64,000 bases of DNA from the human T2T-CHM13v2.0 reference genome, Homo sapiens. Location of the stretch: the NCBI RefSeq assembly GCF_009914755.1, contig NC_060931.1. One strand, written 5' to 3'. The first letter of the stretch is position 1, and each line of letters starts with the position of its first letter. A model generated the notes under the pieces. The model saw nothing but the letters and a program-made list of their open reading frames with translations, had not been told where the DNA came from and searched no databases. This document shows, piece after piece, positions 41,907 to 64,000 of this stretch. A program made the translations under genes and the position numbers.

Positions 41907-42121
41907 ATTGGCGTTTTCAAAAACTCTGATGTAACAATCAGTAGTCCTGGGTATCTGGATTCACTTTGGGGGTTGCTAAAGCAACATGTTCTTCAAAGGA
42001 ACCGAATAACTGATTTAAGGTGAAGCAAGTAAAAACAATTTAGGTGAAGTTTTTTTTTTTTTTTTAACTTTTGGAAACACTCTGCAAAATATATTTAGAA
42101 GCTGAATTACCATGCGATTGG
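41907..42121 (-). promoter_or_regulatory. Candidate promoter motifs upstream of CLK2P1 (two CCAAT boxes, RFX X-box-like palindrome)
   Basis: CCAAT on minus at 41907-41911 and 42117-42121; GTTGCT-AA-AGCAAC at 41972-41985. Confidence 0.4.
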
Positions 42122-42569
42122 TAATTTGGCCATAATTTGACTTAGCACATTGTGGAAAAGAATAGGAAATCGTCAGGCGAAGTCATTAAATTCTGAAGCT
42201 CCCAGGGGATCAGCTTTAGTGCCCTCTGTAAATTATCTGGGAGGGAGAATATGCAAACAATAAGAAAAATATTAAACTTCAGTACAGTACTTTAGTTTCA
42301 AAGTACTTTTCTACATATTTCAGGTCCAAAAAACATTATGTAAACAAATTGTTTGGGTACCACCCCCCTCCCTTCTCAGTGCTCTTTCAACAAACCCCAC
42401 CCTCTCCCCAAAGTCTTCCTCCTGTTCAGAGGCATTCTTGACAGTCAGATAAATGAATGATCCTGAAATCGGATTCAAATTTTAGGAGACTGATCTCAGC
42501 TCAGTATTCTCTCCTATCACACCTGTGGTTTGCTGCTGTCCATTTTACTTCTTCCCCCCGACACCGCCT

Positions 42570-45450
<2,881 letters not shown>

Positions 45451-45619
45451 AATGTATTTATTGAGTGCCACTACAAGTGTTTGGAAACAGTGAATAGTGA
45501 GGTGTTTAGAATCAAATATAGGCCATTGGCTTAACATACATACTTTAGCATAAAGGACCATTGCATAAGTTACTTGTTTCAGTGTCTTTCTTTAATGCTT
45601 TAGTGTGCTTACAATGATA

Positions 45620-45741
45620 ATAGTGGATGCAGAACCTGTGGATACGGACAGCCAACTGCGAGACTTGAGCATCCGCAGATTCTGTTATCCTATGGGGTCC
45701 TGGAATCAATCCCCCATGGATACCAAGGGACGGCGGTACTG
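45620..45741 (-). mobile_element. TcMar-Tigger derivative (MER2/MER8-like)
   Basis: ggtcctggaatcaatcccccatggataccaagggacg terminal motif. Confidence 0.7.
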
Positions 45742-45749
45742 TGAAAACT

Positions 45750-45930
45750 ACTTTATACACATCAGCTCACATTCTCATTGTAATCCTCACAATATCCTTT
45801 TGATGTACTCTTATTACTGACACTTTGCAGATGGGAAACGGAGGCTTAGAGAGGCTATGGAGCTTGCCCAAGGTTACACAGTTGTAGGTCTTAGAATTGA
45901 ATGAAGGCAATCTGACTCCAGACCCCTACT
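45750..45930 (-). mobile_element. MIR SINE
   Basis: cagatgggaaacggaggcttagagagg...cttgcccaaggttacacag. Confidence 0.8.
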
Positions 45931-45934
45931 ATTT

Positions 45935-52370
<6,436 letters not shown>

Positions 52371-52479
52371 AGGACCTTTGGCTTCAATAATGGGTAGTCT
52401 CATCTGTAGCACACTTAATCATCACTAAGCTTTCCCAGCCTCAGGTCAATAGTATTAGGAGGTTGGTTCCTCACCGGAG

Positions 52480-53320
52480 GGTCGGGAACAAGACGCCAGA
52501 GCCCTTCTTCCAGCGCCTGCAGCGAGTTAAGGCCGAGGGTATGCCTCTGGCGGGCTCATCTTCCAACACAGAAGACCCCGCCGCCCTCTCTGGTTGCCGC
52601 GCAGCTGCGTCGTTCTGACCCAGGGTAGGTGCAGGGCGGCTGGAAGCACGTGCCGCCGCTTCCTCATTCTGGGACTACATCCCCCACAATGCCGCGCGCC
52701 GCGGGCGGCTGGCCCCCGAGTGCGGGAAGGGCCGGCAGGGAGGCGGAGCGGAAGCCGAGTGCGAGGGACGAGCGGAGTAAAATCTCCACAAGCTGGGAAC
52801 AAACCTCGTCCCAACTCCCACCCACCGGCGTTTCTCCAGCTCGATCTGGAGGCTGCTTCGCCAGTGTGGGACGCAGCTGACGCCCGCTTATTAGCTCTCG
52901 CTGCGTCGCCCCGGCTCAGAAGCTCCGTGGCGGCGGCGACCGTGACGAGAAGCCCACGGCCAGGTAATGAGTAAGGGGCGAGTCCGCCAGCCGGGCCCGC
53001 ACCTCTCGCGCGCCCCTCAGCCTAGCCGGCCGCTCCTCCCCCGCCGCGCCCCCGTCCCCGGTCCCCGCCCCGCTAGGGCCGCTGCTGCGGAAACCCGGCT
53101 TAGGAACGGGCCGGCAGCCTCCGGCCGCGGCCGGGAAGGCTCTTTGTCCCTTCCCTTGGGCCGCGTCTCTGCCCCTCCGCGTCTGACAGCCGCGGCGCCT
53201 CGGCTCGGGCGGAGAGCCGAGCGTGGCTGGGGCTGCGCGAGTCGAGCGGGGCGGGCTTGGTCCGGAGCTGCGGGATGTAGATCCCGGGCGGCACCGCACT
53301 CACTTCTTTTTCTGTTTTTG
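52480..53320. promoter_or_regulatory. CpG island promoter with ZNF143/THAP11 SBS motifs, E-box, ETS site and GC boxes
   Basis: Dense CpG; ACTACATCCCCCACAATGC at 52674-52692; CACGTG at 52647-52652; CGGAAG at 52749-52754. Confidence 0.9.
52740..52963 (+). other. CCDC126: 5'UTR exon 1, probably CCDC126 (TSS approximate)
   Basis: CAG|GTAATG donor at 52963/52964 inside the CpG island; gene name from recalled adjacency of CLK2P1 and CCDC126 on 7p15. Confidence 0.65.
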
Positions 53321-53324
53321 ACAG

Positions 53325-53409
53325 CTCAGTTCTCTTCTACTTTGGGAGAGAGAGAAAGTCAGATGCCCCTTTTAAACTCCCTCTTCAAAACTCATCTCCT
53401 GGGTGACTG
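53325..53409 (+). other. CCDC126: 85-nt 5'UTR exon 2, probably CCDC126
   Basis: Branch-like cactcac, polypyrimidine tract, acag| acceptor; CTG|GTAAGG donor. Confidence 0.65.
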
Positions 53410-54129
53410 GTAAGGATGAACTTAAACTGCCGTGTTGATTGTTGACTGTGACGGTAATGAGAATGGCTCAGCCAGCTAGGGTTCGAATCCTGCCTGGGTT
53501 TCTCTCACTGCCTGCCTTGGTGATCTTGGTTACTTAAAGGCTCTAAGCTTGAGTTTTCTCATCCATCAAAACACACACCTGTAAGTGGTTAGAATTAGGA
53601 ATATAGACCTATAACGTCATTAGTTCTTCATTTGATGAAAAGATCCTTTGTGATACTTTCATTAGCTATGACTGAAGTGACCGAAGTGGCCTCTGGACTT
53701 GAGTTTTGTGCTTTTGTTTGTTTAATCATCCTGGGTTGTGTGTTCTTCACTTTATCTTAAACCTAACCAAAGGATTCATTAAAATATGCCGTCTTCCTAA
53801 TTTTTGCTGTTTTAAGATGGCTGAGAATGTTCTTAGGAAATTGATGACTCTGCTTTTCTGTGGATCAGCTTCAGAGGTACAAGTATTCACCTCTCCCCTC
53901 CCCCTCAGGTGTGTCCTTTGGGAATCCTTAGAGGCGCTAAGTGTTTGTTTCGTCAGAGTAGGCATCCAGGTATTTTACAGTCCTGCCTCTGGGCTTCACC
54001 ATATTTAACCTGGGTCAACTTTTTTCTACATCTGTCTGCATCTTCTCACTGATTAATAATTTCTCACTCTAAAATGTGTTGCAAAAATACTTGTTTTGAG
54101 GAAAATGTTTCTATGTTGGTGTTATTTAG

Positions 54130-54295
54130 TGCAGTGTAGGACAGAGAGTAATGGCTACGGAAATAGGAGTCCTTAGTTTTGTCCTTGCTCTGTCACTATC
54201 TGTGTAACCTGAGATTACTTTGTGGTCCTCAATGTCCTCATCTCTAAAATAGTGAATTGGTCTGATTCCAAGGACTCTTCTAGCTCAGACTTTCA
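54130..54295 (+). mobile_element. MIR SINE
   Basis: gctctgtcactatctgtgtaacct...cctcaatgtcctcatctctaaaat. Confidence 0.65.
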
Positions 54296-54859
54296 ATGAT
54301 AAAGGTTTTTAGAGGTTTTTTTTTAAATGTGGAAACAAAATTTGTGTAAACCCTTTTAGTCATTTGTGTTCTTAGTGTTTCTTCCTGCTTCAGGTCATAT
54401 AATTCTTTCAAACTACCTTGAAAGAAGGAATACATTTAAGAGAACAAGAAAGCTGCCAGAAATAAGAATCTCTACCAGCCAGTTATCACTCTCTCATGAG
54501 CTGCACAGTTTCTCTGCATTTTTGACATGCTTTGTTCTCTTTCTCCCTACTCTGTATCTTTTGCTCATAGCCCCTATACCTGTTGTGCCTGATTCTTCAT
54601 AACTTTAGCTTGTCAATCCCCTCATCCAACTTTATTATTTATTTTCATGACTTCTCCTTCAGCTCCTTCTGCCAACTGCCTGGTTTTCCCTGGGGCCTCT
54701 TTGTTTGAGGCCAGAGATGCTAGCCTAGTTGGCTTTGGAAGGGGAGGTGGGGACATGTGGCACAAAACATGATTGGCCACGGCTGTGACAGGTGAAGCTC
54801 TGTGATTGAAGTATCTAGTGCTGCATAGTGTGTGTCTATGTATATGTATATATATAGGT

Positions 54860-57344
<2,485 letters not shown>

Positions 57345-58844
57345 TGTTTTACTTTTCTCTGGAAATAATGTTGGACTAAAGACAAGCACATATCTTTATG
57401 TCTGTGGCTAGGGAGAAACCACTGAAAAATGGCTTAAATATTTGGTTGTTTACATATACATAGTGTGCTGTTTGTCAAGTAGCATAATGGAGCTTGGAAT
57501 AGCACTTTTCTCCGAAGATCTTGTAAAGTGGAGTGGACATGTTAATGCCTGTAATAAATATACAAATTTAGAAAAAAAATTTATCCATGTTTTTCTACTT
57601 TTGTGTTTCTTAACAGGGAATATTTTGGAGTTTGAAAAATTATATTTAAAATGCTTAATACAAGTTTTAAGTAAATGCACTGACAGATTGCTACCTAGAC
57701 CTTATTTCGTATCTGATCTTGCCACTGCCCCTTTCCGATTAGAGAACACCAATAAGAATATATTTTTCTTTGTAAACACCACCATATCAGATCATTACTA
57801 TTCCTGTATATTACCAAATAGTGGAACTGCCATTTTCTTAAGACAGGGGAACACAAAGCTTTCTTTGCTTGTGGGTTTCCTTCTGTTCAGTTTGTATGAT
57901 TTCTCCAGACCAGGCCATTTCATGCTGTGCTTTGGGAGCCTTCTCATTCTCATTTGTTTGTACTGAGGAAAATAGGAATAAGGAATTTGTTGACTGCTCC
58001 CGAGATTCTGGTAAAAGAAGAATTCTAAAGGTTTTGTTGGAAGGAAATTGGAACCAGACTTTGTACTTCCTCCTCTTTCTGAAATCAGATATTACCCCCT
58101 CATTATTCTTTGACCTCACACCTCAGGCAGATGTTCCAAGACACATCACCATTTTTTTTTTTTCTTCATAGCAGTTTATCACAAACTGAGATAACTTGTT
58201 TGTTTGCTTGTTTGTTGTCCCGTTCCTATTAAAATAGTATCCAGAAAAACAGGAATCCTGTCTTTCATATCTTGCTTTACCTTTCACATCTATGGTTCCT
58301 GGCACATGGTAGGTACTTTGCTATTGTGAATGAATTAGTGAACAAATGAATGAGTAAACCAAGTTCTTTCATGCCTTAAATAGAACTGCATGTAGTAAAG
58401 GTTGTGTTTGAGCCTAGGCCTTTATGCACTGCCCCCCACCCTCCACCTCCAATTCTTTTTTCTGGAAGTGTGTTATCACTATGTTTACTGATCATGGTGA
58501 AGGTCTCTACCTTTAGAAGACTTTGTGTTTATCTTTGTTTTACTTCATATGTTTTTATCTTCTAGTTTTTTGCCTGTATAAAAACTAACATATAAGACTT
58601 CCGAAATCCTTCTTGTAGCAACTTTATAATACTTTGATTTATGTGAATACAGTTTACTTGAAACTTTAAGAGCCAGCTTAATAATTTAGTGAATAGTTCA
58701 AATTAGGCATCTTCAGGATCATTGTCCTAAACTGCCATTACTATTTTCTGGTTACATTCTTTTAAAGCAAAAAAGAACAAAACTTCATTTAATACAGTTT
58801 ATTCCGTATTTACAAACACAATCTTTCTAGGGGAAGTAAGGAAG

Positions 58845-59030
58845 GTAGTGTGGTGTAGAGAAAACCCTAGACAGTGAGTCAGGACCTGTATTCTGGACCA
58901 GTAGGATTTCTGCCATTAACTGGGTTTCATTTTTAGGCAAGACACTTAACATCTCTGGGCTTCAGTTTCTTTATCTGAAATGCGAGGGAAATGGATTAGG
59001 TTTCTTCTCAGGTTCTTCCAGTCTAGAAAA
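58845..59030 (+). mobile_element. MIR SINE
   Basis: aggcaagacacttaacatctctgggcttcagtttctttatctgaaa. Confidence 0.75.
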
Positions 59031-60073
59031 GGATAATTGAAGGTACTTTACCCCCAAATTTCTATCCTCTGGTCCTCTACCCCAAAACTCATTGCAGAGA
59101 GGTCACATTGCTGCGTGGGAGAAGGTGGGGTTAGGTTCAGGGATGTGTTTTAAAGTAAACATAAGGCATTTCTCAGTGACGGCTGATTGTTCACTAGGCT
59201 CTGTGGGGGATGTGGCAGCAGTGTAAGGCTTGTTGTTCTTGCCCATAAGGGACCTGGGACTTAATCAGGGAGACATGGCTTACACACATGCTTGGATGTG
59301 TGATATATAAAATTAATTGGTATGAAGTAACATGCTGTGGGAGTTAGAAGAAGATCAGTGTGGGGTAGAATAAGGTAAGGAGGTTTTGAAATCATTCTAT
59401 CCGAGGTAAGATTTAAACAGGTATTTTACCTCGTCTCCTTTCAGACTACTTGGAAGATGAACTGTTCTCATCAGCAACATGCTATTATGTCATCTTTTAG
59501 GACTAGGTAATGCTCCAGTGACTTAATACCAATGACATTTTCATGTTGTCCACAAATTCTGAGTAGAAACCTTTTCAAGCCTGTAGCCTCTCTGAGAGCT
59601 GACTGTTATTAACTGAATGAGAGGATGTCAGCAAACAGGTAAGACACATGCTGGGTAAATAAAATTATCATATAAATGTAAGATATAATTATTACTATTG
59701 TATGAAGCAGAGAGAAGACTGGCTGGATTGGAGGAGATATTTTTGTGACTAATGAGAAATAAACTTGGTCTTTGGAGACTGGGTTGTGGAGGCCCATGAG
59801 AGCTAATCAGGAGTTTTATTTGAGTCTGTTAAGACATTTCCTGTATTACCTAATGTTACTCAGATTACCAAGAATTAGTAGCATTGTTGCATAAATGCCT
59901 GACACTAATGATAAAGATTAATATTTATTGAGTAGTATGTCAGTTATTCTTTACCAGTATTAAATAGGTATTGTTGTCCCCATTATATAAGTGAGGATAT
60001 CAGGCCTTAGGGAGATAAAATAACTTTTACAAGGTTTTAAAGATATACTATAATTTCATATAGAAAATGATAG

Positions 60074-60511
<438 letters not shown>

Positions 60512-60757
60512 CTAGGGAATAGCAATTGTATAGACCCTGAGGTCAGAAAGAATTTAATGTGTTTTCCCTAGCATGGGTTTAGCATGGTGAGCAAGAGGGA
60601 AGTGGTATGAGATTAGGACAAAGAGAAATGGGTAGAAGTCAGATTATGTAGGGCTTGTGGATTGCATGTTGTAAAGGTTGGTACTGAGTTTGCATGTTAG
60701 ATTCTAAGTGCAGTGTGAAACTGTTGAAAGGTTTTTAAGCAGGAGAATGTGATATGC

Positions 60758-60758
<1 letters not shown>

Positions 60759-60788
<30 letters not shown>
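60759..60788. repeat. (TG)n microsatellite
   Basis: About 15 TG units. Confidence 0.95.
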
Positions 60789-61765
<977 letters not shown>

Positions 61766-62137
61766 AAAATGTCTTCGAATTATGAGTTTTGTTTTTGGAA
61801 GAATATTTGACTGCTCTGAGAAGAATGGATTGAAGTAGGGTTGGAGAGGAGTCTGGCAAACCACTTGACAAGCAGCTATAGGAATCCACTTGGAGGTGGT
61901 GATAGTTGGATCACACTCTGTTGCCCTTCTTCAGGTCTAGTACTTTACTGATACTTCATTTTAAGTGTGTCCCCTCTCCTTAGTTATTCTACTTTTGTGC
62001 CATATAGACTAATTACTTTTGTGACTTCTGCAGTTGGTTGAGAACTTTCTCCTGGGAATCTTAAAAATATTCAAGGTTTATCTTAGGCCAAAATAACAAT
62101 GATGATGATTATTTTATTTTTTGCCTTTAAAACTCCA

Positions 62138-62463
62138 GACCAGGCACAGTGGCTCACACCTGCCATCCCTTTGGAAAGGCTGAGGCAGGAGGATCACGTG
62201 AGGCCAGGTGATCATGTGATGAGGCAGGAGGATCACGTGAGACCAGACTGGGCAACGTAATGAGACCCCTCTAAAAAAAAAAAAGTACAAAAATTAGCTA
62301 GGCCTGGTGGTGTGCACTTGTAGTTCCAGGCTATTCAGAAAGCTAAGGTGGGAGGATTGCTTGAGCCCGGAAGGCCGAGGCTGCAGTGAGCTGAGATCGT
62401 GCTACTGTACTGCAAGCCGGGGCAACAGAGCGAGACCCTGTCTCAAAAGCAAAAAACAAAAAA
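62138..62463 (+). mobile_element. Alu (J-type) with an internal 22-bp duplication
   Basis: tgaggcaggaggatcacgtgag at 62181 and 62220. Confidence 0.85.
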
Positions 62464-63173
62464 CAACTCTCTAGTTGTTAATTTGGTGAATTTCAAGTTT
62501 TGTGTTTTTTTTAAGTGATTAATAGAAAATTAATATAGTGGCCTAGAAATTAAGATTTAAAAGTTTTTAGATTGTAGACTGTTTTGATGGAAGAAGTACT
62601 CCAATAAGAACTATGCCAGATGGTAGCCATAAGCCCTTGGCCTCAATGTTGGCCTATCAGGTTTCTGCTTAGTGACTCTGTCCTTATCTAAGTGGCCTTC
62701 TGGGGGCTGGATCAGTACTTGAAACATAAAGAAAAATTGAGGAGGTTCAAAGTGCAAGTTCTTCTGTTATTTGCAGCTTTGAACATTGCACAGAAAGAAA
62801 GGACATTGAATCTTTCCTTTCCTTTTTTTTCTTTCCTAAGGATGGAGGCTAATAATCATTTTCCTTTCTAATCACTAAATTAAAAGTACATAAGTAAATA
62901 CCTTCAGTTGCTAAAGAAGTCAAAACTTCTTATCTTTTTTTATTTTTCTTATGTGAAATCACAGACAGTTCTCTGAGAATAGAACAGTGAGTGTATTCAT
63001 ATTGGCCCCGGAGAATAAAGTAATACCAGTGGAAATTGTTTCCTCTTCACTTTACTTCTACTTTTGCCTTATAAATACAGGGCCTAGCCTACCCTGGGGG
63101 TAATGACTCAGGTTCCAGCAGAGGTCACCTATTTTCAATCCCCTTCACCCCTTCCCCTTCAAGGTCGTCATGG

Positions 63174-63965
63174 TGTCATCTGAAGAATGACAAGGTTCAT
63201 AAATTTGGAAAGGAGAGCTTTATTTCTTATAAAGGGTTGCAACCTGCACGGTGGTCTTTCTGACAGGCTGGGAAGCATAGCTTCCGTCCAGAAGCCAGAA
63301 ACAGACACTTGGAGAGAGGGACAAAGGGAACAGGAATTTATGCTGAGCAGGGTGGCCGAATATACATATTTAATAAGTTTAAGGCGTCATGAATATTTAT
63401 GAAAGGAGAAACGTGCATGCACAATTGAGCTTCATACCCATTCCTAGGTCCTGCATATAAAAAAATTGTGGCGTTAGCATGATTCCAGGGTGGAGTTTTC
63501 AGCCCTCTGATGTCAAAAGGTGAAGCGGAGGACACGAAAACCCTTACTGTGCATCCTCTGTAGACTGGCCAGAACTACTCTGTGGCTGGTGGTCTCTTAT
63601 CAGGAAGAAATGCTTGTAGGTTGTTTCGTTGGAACTGCAGAATGGAGAGGCAGCAGTCAGGCAGTTGGTTGAGATCAGTGGTGGAGTCTTTTGAAAGGCC
63701 TGGTTTCTGTTTAGCCCAAGCTTGTTCAACCTGCAACCCATGGGCTGCATGGGACGGCTTTGAATGTGGCCCAACACAAATTCATAAACTTTCTTAAAAC
63801 ACTATGATTTTTTTTGTGATTTTTAATTTTTAATTTTTTTTAGCTCATCAGCTGTCGTTAGTGTTAGTATATTTTATGTGTGGTCAGAACGATTCTTCTT
63901 CCAGTGTGGCCCAGGGAAGCCAAGAGATTGGACACCCCTAAGTTAGCCCTTAGAGAATAATGCCT
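63174..63965 (-). mobile_element. ERV1 LTR (MER66-like), interrupted by MER30
   Basis: gttcataaatttggaaaggagagctttattt...aagggttgca matches a recalled MER66-type LTR; AATAAA on minus. Confidence 0.65.
63717..63940 (-). mobile_element. MER30 (hAT-Charlie)
   Basis: ggcccagggaagccaagagattggacacccc terminus; 8-bp TSD gtttagcc/agttagcc. Confidence 0.85.
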
Positions 63966-64000
63966 AATGGCATGATGATAATGGCAGTTGTCAAGGGAGG

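Noticed and set aside
41960-41967. ttcacttt as a TSD partner of 39872-39879 for an Alu-CLK2 chimera
   Set aside because: Only 8 bp and ~75 bp away from the apparent 5' end of the copy; likely chance
52527-53413. Arg/Pro/Gly-rich ORFs in the CpG island
   Set aside because: Stop-codon depletion from high GC; they cross splice sites and resemble no known protein
57442-58171. 174-aa and 100-aa hydrophobic ORFs
   Set aside because: TTG/GTG starts in T-rich intron sequence with no recognisable domain

Overview
Human (primate) genomic DNA, very rich in Alu and L1 repeats, with no supportable protein-coding exon. It carries two minus-strand processed pseudogenes: a full-length, disabled ABCE1 retrocopy (~16160-19731) and a CLK2 retrocopy (CLK2P1, ~40060-41885) whose kinase reading frame is still open. 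A CpG-island promoter with two 5' exons on the + strand (~52500-53409) is probably CCDC126; that name rests on recalled synteny with CLK2P1 at 7p15, and its coding exons would lie beyond the window. The rest is layered transposon debris: a nested L1MA complex, L2, CR1/L3, MIR, a fragmented fossil hAT transposon, an internally deleted two-LTR ERV1, MER20/MER30 and a tailless U2 retropseudogene. The most unusual signals are a 52-nt double-hairpin (TAR-like) sequence with an A-rich tail at 2228-2320, and the CLK2P1 locus (open kinase frame, strong upstream AUG, adjacent X-box/CCAAT motifs). Repeat subfamily names and parent-gene comparisons come from recalled consensus sequences, not from a search. 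Almost all entries in the ORF track are Alu/L1 artefacts.
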